46,389 bases of DNA, taken from IMG/VR virus record IMGVR_UViG_2850808358_000009. The stretch is one strand, 5' to 3'. The position numbers and the translations under genes are program-made. This DNA comes from a virus (lineage: Duplodnaviria; Heunggongvirae; Uroviricota; Caudoviricetes). Below are positions 21,140-31,331 of this stretch, piece after piece; positions within the stretch are counted from its first letter, which is position 1, and each line of letters begins with the position of its first letter. The notes beneath the pieces are model-generated. The model was given only the letters and a program-made list of their open reading frames with translations, did not search any database and was not told the DNA's origin.

Positions 21140-22598
21140 TTTCGATGTCCCCGCTCAGGTCAATACCGCTGTACGGGCTGTCCTGCGCAGTCGCCAGCCG
21201 TTCGCGTACTTCGTTATTGGTCACTGCTCCGGTGCTCTCATAAATCTGATCCGTTTCCGCCTCAGTTTTACGGATATTCGCCAGTTGCTCTCGCGTCAGC
21301 TCATGCAGGGGTTCAAATTCAAACGTGATATCAGGATCGATATCGCCGAACTCAGACAACTGGATAATATCCAGCACCTTTTTCAGCGGTTTCTTCAGAA
21401 GACGGGTGGCAAGTGCAGCAATGGTGTCGTAAAACACCCGGATTTCACCCTCACTCGACGCATTCAGTCCCGTTGGGCTCAGCCCGGCGAATTTTACGGA
21501 CGGTATGGCACTGACAAAGAACATGTGTTCCTGTGCCTGCGCCTGAAGGGTGTCGAGGCCGCTCAGGGGAGTGTTGAACTGGAAAAACTCTTCGTTCGTC
21601 TTGTCCAGCATCAGCAGCCCGCGGTTATCACGGGTACGGTTAAACAACTCCGCGCGTTTTGCGTAATTCGGGTCCCTTTTACCACTTAATACCTGTGTCA
21701 TATCCGTCTTAATCCCGCTCAGCGAAAACGAATGCAGCATATCGCCCACGCTGTCGCGTGTTCGCAGCCAGTTATCAACATAAGGCTCAGCAATCTGAAC
21801 CAGTGACAGGCCGCCAAAGTTGTAGGCCGGCTTCAGCATGTCCGGAACCGGACGGGAGATCAGATCAATCATGCGGCTGGCGTGAACCGTTTTTCCCATT
21901 ACGTACCATTCGGACGGACGGTAAAAATCATCACTCAGCGGATTATCCGCGTTATATATACCCGGATACGTCCAGACGGGTTCAATAACACGAAGCCCCA
22001 GCAGGGAACCTTTCGGGATTTTTTTGTCGGAAATAAACAGTCCGGATCCCAGCTCCGCCGGGTCAGTCCAGGCAGATATACCCGATGGCGAACGCACATC
22101 AATATAAATCTGCCCTCGCCCGAAAAAGCCGTCGTACTCAATCGCCAGTCTGAAAACGTCCTGTACGTTATAGTGCTCCAGTGCGTCAGTAAGCTGCGCT
22201 ATGCGTGACGCGTGGCTGTCGTCCCCTTCTCCGACCGCCTTAACCTTTATCCACTTACGGGTCATCTCCTCGGCAAGCACACTGACCATACGCCGGTACT
22301 CCGGTAACTGCGCCTGAAGTGCCAGATACGGATAGCCCGGGAAACCACCATAAACAAAATCAGGATAATGACTGTTCAGGGTGTCATACGGTGTTGCATC
22401 CATTGCCAGCACAGCGTCGCGAACCGGTGCCGGGATAACGCCCGGTGGTGGCTCATAGCGAACAAACTCCCTCCGTGGTTTCTGCCGGACGGAAGCGATC
22501 ACCTCATCGTTAATTTCCGGTGGCTGTGGTTCAGGTTGTTTGTCCGGTACCGCCGGCGCTGACGGTTCTTTTCGTTTAAACGGCCACATCAGATCCAC
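21048..22598 (-). CDS. Portal protein
   Basis: 516 aa directly downstream of the terminase large subunit; acidic C-terminal tail. Confidence 0.65.
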   Translation of the reverse strand: MDLMWPFKRKEPSAPAVPDKQPEPQPPEINDEVIASVRQKPRREFVRYEPPPGVIPAPVRDAVLAMDATPYDTLNSHYPDFVYGGFPGYPYLALQAQLPEYRRMVSVLAEEMTRKWIKVKAVGEGDDSHASRIAQLTDALEHYNVQDVFRLAIEYDGFFGRGQIYIDVRSPSGISAWTDPAELGSGLFISDKKIPKGSLLGLRVIEPVWTYPGIYNADNPLSDDFYRPSEWYVMGKTVHASRMIDLISRPVPDMLKPAYNFGGLSLVQIAEPYVDNWLRTRDSVGDMLHSFSLSGIKTDMTQVLSGKRDPNYAKRAELFNRTRDNRGLLMLDKTNEEFFQFNTPLSGLDTLQAQAQEHMFFVSAIPSVKFAGLSPTGLNASSEGEIRVFYDTIAALATRLLKKPLKKVLDIIQLSEFGDIDPDITFEFEPLHELTREQLANIRKTEAETDQIYESTGAVTNNEVRERLATAQDSPYSGIDLSGDIEIDDTEIDNTEENPPQGPNADPEADFTQRGD

Positions 22599-24208
22599 TC
22601 CATAAAGTCATCAGAAATTACGATGGGCATTTCCATCGGGGCATAAGCAATCATCACAGAATCAGCCAGGTTTGGAGATTTCGTTCCGTCAGGTTGCTTA
22701 TCCACAAGAATTTTTCCGGTGGCATTTTTTGACCAGGTAGGTTGTGACAGCTCCATCAACAACCGGTCTTTATTTTCCATTGTGCTGCTGATGGAAATAA
22801 TCTCATCCGGGTCATACTCCATACCCTGTAGTGCACGAAATGTATTGCGGAATAATTTGCGAAGATGCCACCACCCCTGGGCTTTGGCATTGACAAAAAA
22901 GTCCTTATTCAGACGAGCCGGTTTACCATTATCACCGGGAACAGCTTCATTTTCAGGATGAAACACGCTCCCGCTGCCCCGGAATGGAGTGGCGGTGATT
23001 TGACAGATGCCCTCCGCTTCACGCAGTTCGTTGATAGCGCGCGCATCACCACGAACGCCAGCACCCAATCCGTCCTCATCAAAGCGAAACTCATCGGCAC
23101 CAAAGTCATCGCACAGACCAAAAACCTTAACCACAGAGTCATAGATGTCACTCCCCTTACCTGACCACTCCTGTACGTCATTCAGCAGGATGCCATAACG
23201 GAGCGAACAGGCGTTTTTATCCCGCCCTTCGTCGGCGACATCCATTGCACCAAGCCGTTGGCCGCCGGGCTGAATGCCCAGTCTGATATGTGCATCAACC
23301 GCAGCCTGTACCCATTCTGAGGGGATCAGGATGCCTTCTGCTGATGCCTGGTAATTAAGATCCAGTTCCTGGGCAACGATGACTGGGTTATCAATTTTCT
23401 CGCACTCCTTGTGATACCACTCATCGTCTTTACGCGGATCGCTACGCCAGTGAAACGTAAACACCGGGATTTTTCCACTGTGCCGCTTCTGTGCGAAGGG
23501 GTTGTTCATGCCGTTAACCGATGAGAGATCGATACGACATCGGGTTGTCTGGGAAAGCGCGGCATCAATAAGTAATGGTCGCTGGAGAAAAGCAGCCTCA
23601 TCCACAAAATAAAGGGTCGTACGGTCACCACGACCGATATTATCGCCAGCCTCACCTTTGATAACCGCGCCAGTTTCAGGAAACTCAACACGCATATATG
23701 GCGCGTGCTTCTTCTCGCTCCACGAACCGCGAAACTCTACAGGTAGCGTTTCCACGAACTTGCGCGCCTTCCAGAACAATGCTTTCGGGTCACCGGTGCT
23801 GTCGACGTATTCCTCTTTACGGGAGCCGAAACCGATAACCATTTCTTTGTTGAAGAGACAAAGCGAGCAGGCCAGTCCGATCGCGGTCCAACTGAGCCCC
23901 ATTTCACGGGATTTTTCGGTAATACCATTCTCCCGATTGCTCCAGCGTTCCATAATCCAGTGGATCCACTCCTCCTGCTTAGGGAAGAGTAAAAACGGAA
24001 TGGTCACCGGCAGGCCATAATCAATATTACGCGGGTCCGTTGTCATGCCCCAGTCGATAATGAACTGAGCCGGGTTGGTACGGTAAAACTGTTTTAGTGC
24101 AGGCAATATTTCAGGATTCTGGCGAATGCGCTGTAGGCGTTCCATCCGCCATTCAAAAACCATCTGGTAATCAGGATGTTTAAAATCGAAGGGGAATGGT
24201 AACGGCAT
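22589..24208 (-). CDS. Terminase large subunit
   Basis: 539 aa; ATPase-like N-terminal and nuclease-like C-terminal halves; follows the small subunit. Confidence 0.8.
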   Translation of the reverse strand: MPLPFPFDFKHPDYQMVFEWRMERLQRIRQNPEILPALKQFYRTNPAQFIIDWGMTTDPRNIDYGLPVTIPFLLFPKQEEWIHWIMERWSNRENGITEKSREMGLSWTAIGLACSLCLFNKEMVIGFGSRKEEYVDSTGDPKALFWKARKFVETLPVEFRGSWSEKKHAPYMRVEFPETGAVIKGEAGDNIGRGDRTTLYFVDEAAFLQRPLLIDAALSQTTRCRIDLSSVNGMNNPFAQKRHSGKIPVFTFHWRSDPRKDDEWYHKECEKIDNPVIVAQELDLNYQASAEGILIPSEWVQAAVDAHIRLGIQPGGQRLGAMDVADEGRDKNACSLRYGILLNDVQEWSGKGSDIYDSVVKVFGLCDDFGADEFRFDEDGLGAGVRGDARAINELREAEGICQITATPFRGSGSVFHPENEAVPGDNGKPARLNKDFFVNAKAQGWWHLRKLFRNTFRALQGMEYDPDEIISISSTMENKDRLLMELSQPTWSKNATGKILVDKQPDGTKSPNLADSVMIAYAPMEMPIVISDDFMEWI

Positions 24209-24210
24209 AC

Positions 24211-24783
24211 TTAGCCCATCATTTTTCTATACACCTCTGCGGCCTGCTCAGGCGTTAATTTGGTAATTTCTGTTCTGACTGGTCCTCCGTCAGCGCCAGT
24301 CACTTCATTTTTGACGTTGTCTTTAAACGCCTGAACAGAAACATGGCGCCCAAGCAACTCAAGGTTTTTAACCTTATCAGGCCATTTAATCTTTTTAAGG
24401 ATCCCGACCATTTCTCTGTCATCTCCTCGCCCCTCAAACATTTCAGCGAGGTTAAATCCACTCAGGTACCGACGCCACGATTCCGGCCACGCAGACAGAG
24501 GCTTAATACTTAAATCGTCCTCCAGGATGTCAGCCACATCGAGCCTGTCGATCTCAACCAGTCGCATCAGCACATAATTCGCATCAATGCCCAGTTGATC
24601 AATACGCTCCTGCTTTAGCTCGTTAATACGGGCGCGTATCTCAGGTTTACCGTATAGTTCAGCCCCCGTAACATGTGCTCGCCTGGAGGCGTAGCCTGCG
24701 CGAATAGCTGCTTGTGTAGCATTCAGATCGACAAGAAACTCGCGACAAAACACCTCGTGTTTTGCTTTCAGCTTCTTAGTCAT
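24211..24783 (-). CDS. Terminase small subunit
   Basis: 190 aa; N-terminal [31 protein letters not shown] matches the terminase small-subunit family as recalled. Confidence 0.75.
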   Translation of the reverse strand: MTKKLKAKHEVFCREFLVDLNATQAAIRAGYASRRAHVTGAELYGKPEIRARINELKQERIDQLGIDANYVLMRLVEIDRLDVADILEDDLSIKPLSAWPESWRRYLSGFNLAEMFEGRGDDREMVGILKKIKWPDKVKNLELLGRHVSVQAFKDNVKNEVTGADGGPVRTEITKLTPEQAAEVYRKMMG

Positions 24784-24844
24784 TTTATTTTCCAGTTATC
24801 AGGTCATTATCGAAGCCCCTCCAGGAAGAGCTTCTGTAATGCTA

Positions 24845-25369
24845 TTACCGGGACTGTTCTATTTGTCGGACACCAGCCAACTGGTTATTCGCCTTCTCGA
24901 TGGCTGCCAACAGTGGGTTAATCCACAGAACAGCCTGGCAATATGTCAACGTTCTGGTGGTAGTGGCACGATCACCGGCTGAGTCAATGTCCCCGGAATC
25001 GGAGTGCAATGCGCTGGCGCGTAAACGGTTCGCGTAGTTGAGCAACCCGACAGCAATATCAACAGGAACAGGGAAATCACAGTTCTTTTCACGGAGCAAA
25101 ACCTCACGGTATTTGATGACTGTCTTCTCGTGACCGATGTCGACCAGAGAATTTAATCGGCTTGCGTTTTCTGCTATCTGGTTAAAACGATTGAAGTTTA
25201 ATGCCTGATTAGCTATCACTTTCCCTTGATATTCAGCTTCACCTTCCGCTTTATCAGCCCGCAACTTTTCTGCCTGATACTTGCTGTGGTAATGGTTTGC
25301 AGACCAGACGAGCGCCCCAAAGACAGAGAAGAAAAATGCCGCGATGACAATCTTATAAGTCAGCTTCAT
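24845..25369 (-). CDS. Rz-like i-spanin
   Basis: 174 aa; N-terminal TM helix then coiled coil; immediately downstream of the endolysin. Confidence 0.7.
   Translation of the reverse strand: MKLTYKIVIAAFFFSVFGALVWSANHYHSKYQAEKLRADKAEGEAEYQGKVIANQALNFNRFNQIAENASRLNSLVDIGHEKTVIKYREVLLREKNCDFPVPVDIAVGLLNYANRLRASALHSDSGDIDSAGDRATTTRTLTYCQAVLWINPLLAAIEKANNQLAGVRQIEQSR
24946..25092 (-). CDS. Rz1-like o-spanin embedded in the +1 frame of Rz
   Basis: By manual translation: (GTG)-KRTVISLFLLILLSGC STTRTVYAPAHCTPIPGTLTQPVIVPLPPER, with lipobox LSGC and a Pro-rich mature part; about 48 aa, not in the ORF track. Confidence 0.5.
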   Translation of the reverse strand: MKRTVISLFLLILLSGCSTTRTVYAPAHCTPIPGTLTQPVIVPLPPER

Positions 25370-25829
25370 TTACCACCCCACCAGCATCTTTAAACCTGGA
25401 AATCAGGTCACCGATTTTATGTTCATACTGACCGTAACCTGCACCAGGTAACGACGCCCAGATATTGCTGCAACGGTCGATTGCCTGACGAATATCGCCA
25501 CGGTCAATCATCGGTAAAGCGCCACGCTCTTTAATCTGCTGCAGCGCCACAGCGTCCTGACTTTCTGGCGAAAAATCTTTCAGGCCAAGCTGCTTGCGGT
25601 AGGCATCCCACCAGCGTGAAAGAAGCTGATACCGGCCTGCGGCTGTTGATTTAAGCTTCGGGTTTAGCGTGACAAGTTTGCGAGGGTGATCGGAGTAATC
25701 AGTGAACAACTCACCTCCGACGATAACGTCATAACCGTGATTACGTGTCGGTTGTCGCCCGTTATCCGTTCCTTCTGACCATGCCACCATATCCAGGAAA
25801 GCTTTACGTTGGGAATTTAGTGTCTGCAT
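25353..25829 (-). CDS. Endolysin, lambda R-type lytic transglycosylase
   Basis: 158 aa; near-identical over most of its length to lambda R as I remember it (NSQRKAFLDMVAWSEGTDNGRQPTRNHGYDVIVGGELFTDY...). Confidence 0.9.
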   Translation of the reverse strand: MQTLNSQRKAFLDMVAWSEGTDNGRQPTRNHGYDVIVGGELFTDYSDHPRKLVTLNPKLKSTAAGRYQLLSRWWDAYRKQLGLKDFSPESQDAVALQQIKERGALPMIDRGDIRQAIDRCSNIWASLPGAGYGQYEHKIGDLISRFKDAGGVVNEADL

Positions 25830-25832
25830 GAA

Positions 25833-26174
25833 TTACTCCTTAGAGCCACCAAACTTGTTACCGATTACTCGCATTGCAGCCCCACGAATAGCATCGACAC
25901 CGATCAGCCCAACACCACCACCAAGGGCAACAGAAAGTGATTTAGGCCATCCGACATACTCAAGAGCGGATGCAAAAGTCAGCGTCAGAGCGCCACAGAG
26001 CAAAATCTCGAGCGTTTTTCGTTTCCAGCCGCCGCCACCGCCAAAATAGGCGATGCGCAAACCAGCCATAACAATTGACATAACCACTGCGCCCAACGGC
26101 GTATCTCCACGCCACCAACTTTGTAAGAGTTCCAGTAAGTCAGGCCAGGAATGAGGAGTATTGTGCATTTTCAT
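25833..26174 (-). CDS. Holin with Met-Lys-Met dual-start motif
   Basis: Membrane protein; start moved to the MKM motif preceded by GGAGGUG. The ORF-track start at 26192 adds MAEVGS. Confidence 0.65.
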   Translation of the reverse strand: MKMHNTPHSWPDLLELLQSWWRGDTPLGAVVMSIVMAGLRIAYFGGGGGWKRKTLEILLCGALTLTFASALEYVGWPKSLSVALGGGVGLIGVDAIRGAAMRVIGNKFGGSKE

Positions 26175-26275
26175 ACTTCCCACCTCCGCCATTACGGGGT
26201 GTTGTTGAAAGGCGGGCCCTGCGTATACGCCCGTAGGATTGGGTTATGAGCCGTCCTTCGGTGGGCCCTGAATAC

Positions 26276-26297
26276 AAAAAAGTTCGCCATAGCGAAC
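26276..26297 (-). terminator. Intrinsic terminator just upstream of the holin (candidate tR-prime)
   Basis: Perfect 6-bp stem gttcgc/gcgaac with a 4-nt loop; U6 follows on the minus strand. Confidence 0.55.
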
Positions 26298-26524
26298 CTT
26301 GTTAAATTTGTTAAAAAAGGAGGTTATTTAACATAATGTATGTTATAGGAACCACACGATCCCCGCTCGCAATAGATTTGCGATGAAAGGCCTATTTAAT
26401 CAACTTAAGTGGTCCAGAATGACGAAATTCGAGTGAATAAAAGGTGCATAAAAAAGGGCAAAAACTGCATAGCGTTTTTTCGCAGCGAAAGCCCTGTTTT
26501 ATTAACTTTTCCCCAGAATGGGGC

Positions 26525-26551
26525 AATAAAAAAGGCCCCCTTGCGGAAGCC
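26525..26551 (-). terminator. Intrinsic terminator downstream of the Q-region genes
   Basis: Minus-strand hairpin GGCUUCC-GCAA-GGGGGCC (GNRA loop, two G-U pairs) followed by UUUUUUAUU. Confidence 0.6.
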
Positions 26552-26618
26552 TCTTCGTGATGAACTGTTTTCAACGGATATCAGGCTAATCGGCTTTTTG
26601 GAATTCCACAACTATTTT

Positions 26619-26960
26619 TTATCTTACCTTGATGCCTGATGCCGTCAGATGTTTACGACAGTCCTGAATACCTTCGTTATAACCCGCATCGTAGAAGCTA
26701 TCCGGCTTTGCCTTCAGCGCAGGAAGCGTAACGCTGGTAGCTCTTCGTTCGGCCAGAACACCTGCCTGAAAGAGTGTCCACATCAACTGAACTGCTGAAT
26801 CACAGTAAGTAACATCTTCACTGTACAATTCTCGTTCAATCCTGATGCCAAGTTGAGCCTTCATTGATGCGCCAATATTACCTTTGACCTGCAACGACAG
26901 GTCTGGGTACCTCTGTTCCATGAAGCTTTCAAATCTGTTGCGAACGCTGATCAGAGCCAT
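26619..26960 (-). CDS. Hypothetical protein between Q and the lysis cassette
   Basis: 113 aa ORF with protein-like composition; no motif recognised. Confidence 0.45.
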   Translation of the reverse strand: MALISVRNRFESFMEQRYPDLSLQVKGNIGASMKAQLGIRIERELYSEDVTYCDSAVQLMWTLFQAGVLAERRATSVTLPALKAKPDSFYDAGYNEGIQDCRKHLTASGIKVR

Positions 26961-26991
26961 CTGGTTCCCTTACGTGATTGATTGCTGGATA

Positions 26992-27414
26992 TTATGCCGC
27001 CGAGCAGCTCCTACGCAAAGTCCTGATAGCCTGAGGCTTTGACTGAACCGACTGATCCATTTCGAGCACCACATCCAGCATGGCTAAGCAACCGTCAATA
27101 AATCCCTCTGCCGCCTGAAGCCTCTTCAGAACGTGGGTGTGAGATACGCCGAGCTTCTCACCCATCGCCCGCACGGGCATGGCCTGGACGTAATGCCACT
27201 CAAGGAGCGTGCACAGATACGGATCTTTTTTCTTCAGGCAGCTCATAGCGGAGTTGATGATAAGACCGTCATTGTCACTGCATTTCAGCCTTCCAGACTG
27301 CGTCGCGGGTAGCAGATTCTTAAACCCGGCTGCAACAGGAGGAAAGTAGACGCTACCACCTTCACTCGCAACCCAGCCACCCCAGCGCTCTAAAACCTGT
27401 TGAATATTACGCAT
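26992..27414 (-). CDS. Late-gene antiterminator Q (phage 82 / QuuD-like family)
   Basis: 140 aa; N-terminal MRNIQQVLERWGGW...AAGFK and LQAAEGFIDG region resemble QuuD-type Q proteins as recalled; sits upstream of the lysis and structural genes. Confidence 0.75.
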   Translation of the reverse strand: MRNIQQVLERWGGWVASEGGSVYFPPVAAGFKNLLPATQSGRLKCSDNDGLIINSAMSCLKKKDPYLCTLLEWHYVQAMPVRAMGEKLGVSHTHVLKRLQAAEGFIDGCLAMLDVVLEMDQSVQSKPQAIRTLRRSCSAA

Positions 27415-27459
27415 AGCTCTGACCTCTACGTTTTGCTACGTTTGGAAATTTTCTACTAC

Positions 27460-27690
27460 TCAATACTCGTTGAATGTCAGGTGGCCGCTAACACTGACGT
27501 TTGGCCCGTCAGATAACACAAGCTGGAAATTGTCGTCGCAAACAGAGCAGCCGAGGTCAATAACTACCGTTTTGTCGTGTTTATGCGCTCGCATGGCGAC
27601 ATCGCGAATAAACACGCTGTTACTAGCGCAGCGTGGGCAGGTAATTTCGTTATTTCCGTCGATATGATTTTTTAATCCTGAAACTTTCAT
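27460..27690 (-). CDS. Hypothetical small CxxC-containing protein
   Basis: 76 aa with CPRC ... CSVC pairs suggesting a zinc ribbon. Confidence 0.45.
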   Translation of the reverse strand: MKVSGLKNHIDGNNEITCPRCASNSVFIRDVAMRAHKHDKTVVIDLGCSVCDDNFQLVLSDGPNVSVSGHLTFNEY

Positions 27691-27712
27691 GTTGTTTACT
27701 CCAGCTAGTTAT

Positions 27713-28001
27713 TTGCAAATATTTGCAAGTTAATTTCCGGGTGGCAGTTAGGTGGCACTTAAATAGCTATCTGCCACCTCCTGAAACGCACGCCACGTAA
27801 GGTGCCGGGCTATTTTGGTGGCGGGTGGCAGATAGTTTTAGTTCTATATACATAAGAGATCGCATAATACATAAAATATAAGTTCTCGCGTATATAGTTT
27901 TAAATTCTATTGCCACCTGCCACCTTTTCACCGCTTCCAATTGATTTAATTGGTCTTTACCTGGTGGCAGTTAGTCGTTTATCTGCCACCTTACTGCCAC
28001 C
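27713..28001. repeat. Candidate replication origin: iterons flanking an AT-rich region, plus a 16-bp perfect palindrome
   Basis: At least nine copies of GGTGGCAG / CTGCCACC in both orientations around an AT-rich stretch of about 80 bp with a GATC; TTGCAAATATTTGCAA palindrome at about 27713..27728; directly downstream of the primase-helicase gene. Confidence 0.55.
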
Positions 28002-28004
28002 TTT

Positions 28005-30266
28005 TTACAATCCAGATTGCAAAATTTCGCAATTTTTATATATTTCACGCAATTCTTCGTTGCTGAAATCGGTATTTTTTACAAGTAACCACATGCGAAC
28101 AGTCATGCCGTCCACTTTTAGTTTCACTGCTTCACGTTTTGTTCTTTCTTTCAAAACGCGAGTAATATGCTTCTGGTTAATTTCTACATCCATTCCTGCT
28201 TCTGCCAGTATTGCGTTAACAATTTGTTGATAAGTCATTGCTGGCACAGGCGGATTATCCAGGATTTCAATAAGAGCAGCCTCCACATCGCTCTTATTGC
28301 TTTCAATCATCAGAAGGCGTTCTTTCGTCTCGGGGGCGCGCTGCCAGTTAAAGCGAGACAGGTCAACGCCCATCAGATACCAGTACACCTGGGCGATAAA
28401 GTCGCTGTCGCTTAGCGCACCGTACAGGCTGGCGTAATGCTCTTCAGTTGCGGCGAAGTCAGGGCCCCCCAGCACAGCGATACGTCGGTCTTCCTCTGGC
28501 AGCGCCAGCGCATCAAAGTGATTGGTGTAGAACAGAAAGCCAGTGTATATATCCATCGTTTTTTTACTGCCATATTTGCGGTTCACTTCAAACCGTGGTT
28601 CTGTCAGCACATCGCGGATCTTATCGTTCACCTCATACCGCTTATCATTTTCGCGCACCTCGTCAATGGTGCATAGAAGCGTATTGTACAGATAGTCATG
28701 GAACTGGTTATCGCACAGGATCTTCATGCGAGTACGAGCACAGTTCCACGGACCAAGCACGCGCTCCATTAACTGGCTGACCCATCCTCTGCCCGTACCA
28801 TGTGCGGTAGCCACATGCAGAATAGAAATCGGGCATCGACGCTCCGGACGCTGAACCATCCACCCCAGACGGGCGATGAAAAACTCGCGCTGCCAGGCAT
28901 CAGGTACCAGATACGCCATATGATTAAGGAACGTGGACACCTTACTTGTATCCGCTGTACGTGGATGCTCAGGCATATAAAATTCGTTTATCTCAAACCG
29001 CCCGTCGAAACGCTCGATAATACGTCCCGCACCGGGCTTATAGCCTGTCGTCTCAGCAATCTTCTTATGCCGATGCTCTATCCACCGTTTGGTTGCGGGA
29101 GTTGGTTGCCCTTTCCCTTCTGGCGGGAACTGGTAAGGCGCCATCAGGTTTTTGAACGACTTCATATCCATCATGCACTGATATGGCGGTCGGCTAAGAT
29201 CACATACCTGGTCACCCTCGATGACGTAGATAAAGCGTTCCAGAAAATGAGCTGTCATATCTGTATTAATATCGGTAAATTCAGGCTTATCGCCATCTTC
29301 AACCACCGTGAGATCTTCGAACAGGGATTGCGTATAGCCGTAGCCTTCCAGCCAGTCGGCATCAGTAAGCCCCGCATCGGTGTTGTGCATGCTTTTAAAA
29401 TGTCCCTGTTCAAATCCCCCCGTCCCTTTTGGGAAATACTTAATGGATGTTTCGCTGCAACCGTTGCTGTATTCTGACTCATCCCGAAACGGTTTCAGAT
29501 TGCGGGAACCATCAGAGCTGACTGACAGAGTCCACCCGTTCGCGTCAAGCCAGTCAGCGACATCATCTGTCGCGGAAGGATCAACACAGGAAAGGTCACG
29601 CTGACGTCCCGCACCTGCGGTATAGCTGTCTTTCACGGGTAAGTTATCCGCCAGGCGCTGCCACAGGCTTTCGAGCTGTTCAGATGTAATTTTCAGAGGT
29701 TCGCCGGGCAAACCGCAGTCCCACTGAATACGTTCGCCTGCCGGATGGGTACCACAAGCCACAAACTGCTGGCCCTTAGCGAGCAGCTCTATTTGTTTAT
29801 TTTCGCCTTCCAGGCGGTGACCACGTTTACGGTAGTCGCCATCAACAGCAATCAGGTACAGGCATTTATGACTGTCAGCCCGCCAGCGACGTGGCGGAAG
29901 TTCCCCCAGGCATGACAGGATAATATTGCGTACGATCTCCTGCATCCCGGCGTCATTGATATCGCAGTCCAGAGCCACCACCCCGTCGCCAGTACGAACG
30001 CAAATACCGTAATCGGGTTCGTTCGACCACCGGGCAAAATCGTTTTCCGTAACAACATAGTTAGCCCAGTCGGGGATACCAACGACCTTACGTTGGCCAT
30101 TGTAGCGACAGGGAGTTTTGCCGAAATTATGAGACAGCTTGCTATTAGGCGACAGTTCTGCACAGGGATTGGACACCACAGGTAAAAGCCTGTCTGTCAT
30201 CCCCAACACCAGATCGAAGTGGAACCACTCATCGGGCGTAGCTCCCCATGGTTTGTTATCAGCCAT
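28005..30266 (-). CDS. Replication protein: primase-polymerase N-terminal domain with D5/P4-alpha-type helicase C-terminal domain
   Basis: 753 aa; large single replication protein directly downstream of cro, adjacent to the iterons; domain call from recalled sequence character. Confidence 0.65.
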   Translation of the reverse strand: MADNKPWGATPDEWFHFDLVLGMTDRLLPVVSNPCAELSPNSKLSHNFGKTPCRYNGQRKVVGIPDWANYVVTENDFARWSNEPDYGICVRTGDGVVALDCDINDAGMQEIVRNIILSCLGELPPRRWRADSHKCLYLIAVDGDYRKRGHRLEGENKQIELLAKGQQFVACGTHPAGERIQWDCGLPGEPLKITSEQLESLWQRLADNLPVKDSYTAGAGRQRDLSCVDPSATDDVADWLDANGWTLSVSSDGSRNLKPFRDESEYSNGCSETSIKYFPKGTGGFEQGHFKSMHNTDAGLTDADWLEGYGYTQSLFEDLTVVEDGDKPEFTDINTDMTAHFLERFIYVIEGDQVCDLSRPPYQCMMDMKSFKNLMAPYQFPPEGKGQPTPATKRWIEHRHKKIAETTGYKPGAGRIIERFDGRFEINEFYMPEHPRTADTSKVSTFLNHMAYLVPDAWQREFFIARLGWMVQRPERRCPISILHVATAHGTGRGWVSQLMERVLGPWNCARTRMKILCDNQFHDYLYNTLLCTIDEVRENDKRYEVNDKIRDVLTEPRFEVNRKYGSKKTMDIYTGFLFYTNHFDALALPEEDRRIAVLGGPDFAATEEHYASLYGALSDSDFIAQVYWYLMGVDLSRFNWQRAPETKERLLMIESNKSDVEAALIEILDNPPVPAMTYQQIVNAILAEAGMDVEINQKHITRVLKERTKREAVKLKVDGMTVRMWLLVKNTDFSNEELREIYKNCEILQSGL

Positions 30267-30269
30267 GGG

Positions 30270-30509
30270 TTACACCTTTTGCTGCTCTGAATTTTCGCCG
30301 TTTAATAGCCAGTCAGGATCGCATTTCAGAACTTTTGCCAATTCAAGGATGAAACCGGTACGGGTGGCGCGTCCGGACTCAAGGTATTGAACAGACTGCT
30401 GGCGCATGCCAACACTTTCAGCCAATGAAGTTTGGGTTATACCTAAGGCTTTGCGGCGCTCCTTTATACGTGAAGCAAGGGTAGAACTGGTCATTGAGTA
30501 AGCCCTCAT
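30270..30509 (-). CDS. Cro-like HTH (XRE family) regulator
   Basis: HTH motif LGITQTSLAESVGMRQQSVQYLESG; divergent from cI; start moved to an internal ATG (30509, or 30494 which has a GAGGG SD). Confidence 0.7.
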   Translation of the reverse strand: MRAYSMTSSTLASRIKERRKALGITQTSLAESVGMRQQSVQYLESGRATRTGFILELAKVLKCDPDWLLNGENSEQQKV

Positions 30510-30510
30510 T

Positions 30511-30576
30511 ATTACAGGTTTACTTGTAATTACCTCACAGGCAACCTTGTTTGTCAAATACAGAAGTATCTGTAAT
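30511..30576. promoter_or_regulatory. Immunity operator region with two 20-bp near-palindromic operators and overlapping divergent promoters
   Basis: ATTACAGG-TTTA-CTTGTAAT (about 30511..30530) and AATACAGA-AGTA-TCTGTAAT (about 30557..30576); -35-like TTGTCA / TTGACA on opposite strands around 30551..30558; AAGGAG SD before the cI ATG. Confidence 0.55.
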
Positions 30577-30601
30577 CATCAATGACAGAAAAGGAGTCAA
30601 C

Positions 30602-31230
30602 ATGAATCTTGCCAACCGAGCTAAAAAACGCAGAACAGAACTAAACTTAACTCAGGTCGAAGTTGCGAAACGAGCGGGCATTAGCCAGCAGTCGATTGAA
30701 GCTATAGAGAATGGGAAAACACTTAAACCACGCAATCTTCTTGCTTTAGCGTCAGCTCTTGAATGCGATCCTAAATGGCTACTTCTTGGGGCGATGTTGT
30801 TACAGATTTCAACTACGGAGCCCGAAGGGTGCCTGTTCTAAGCTACGTACAAGCCGGGGCTTTCACAAGCGCTGAGCTACTTCGTGAAGAAGGCGATTTC
30901 GAATACATTCTCACCACGGCTGAGCTATCAGAAAGTTCATTTGCGCTACGTATACGTGGGGATTCAATGGAACCTGAATTTAAAGAGGGGGACATCGTTA
31001 TAATTGACACTGACGTATACCCTACTCCTGGTGAATTCGTTGCGGCATGTAACGGTAGCCACGAAGCAACGTTCAAAAAATACCGCCCGGTAGGGATTGG
31101 CGCTAAAGGTGAGGAAGACTTTGAACTTGTTCCATTGAATAGTGATTACCCTATTTGTCGCTCCTGGGAAAAACCAATTAAGATCATAGGGACAATGGTA
31201 GAACATCGCATATTCCGCAGAAAAAGATAA
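30602..31230 (+). pseudogene. CI-like repressor (HTH_XRE plus S24 LexA-type peptidase domain) interrupted by a frameshift between the domains
   Basis: ORF track has the HTH part (30551..30841) and the S24 part (30775..31230) in different frames overlapping by about 66 nt; the S24 part has the GDSMEP motif. Confidence 0.7.
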
Positions 31231-31252
31231 TCGCATCCTGACTACTAAACAA

Positions 31253-31276
31253 AGAGGGCTTAGGCCCTCTTTTTTA
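31253..31276 (+). terminator. Intrinsic terminator after the repressor gene
   Basis: Perfect 7-bp stem agagggc/gccctct with a 4-nt loop followed by T6. Confidence 0.65.
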
Positions 31277-31331
31277 TTACCCGTAAAAACAAGTAATTAG
31301 GTTAATAATGCATTTTATTACCAAAATACCT

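Noticed and set aside
26193-26618. tRNA genes between Q and the lysis genes
   Set aside because: I could not fold any 70-90 nt segment into a cloverleaf with acceptor and anticodon stems; the hairpins present are better explained as terminators and leader structure.
27713-28001. CRISPR array
   Set aside because: The repeats are 8-bp motifs in both orientations with irregular spacing around an AT-rich core, which is iteron/origin architecture, not regular direct repeats with spacers.
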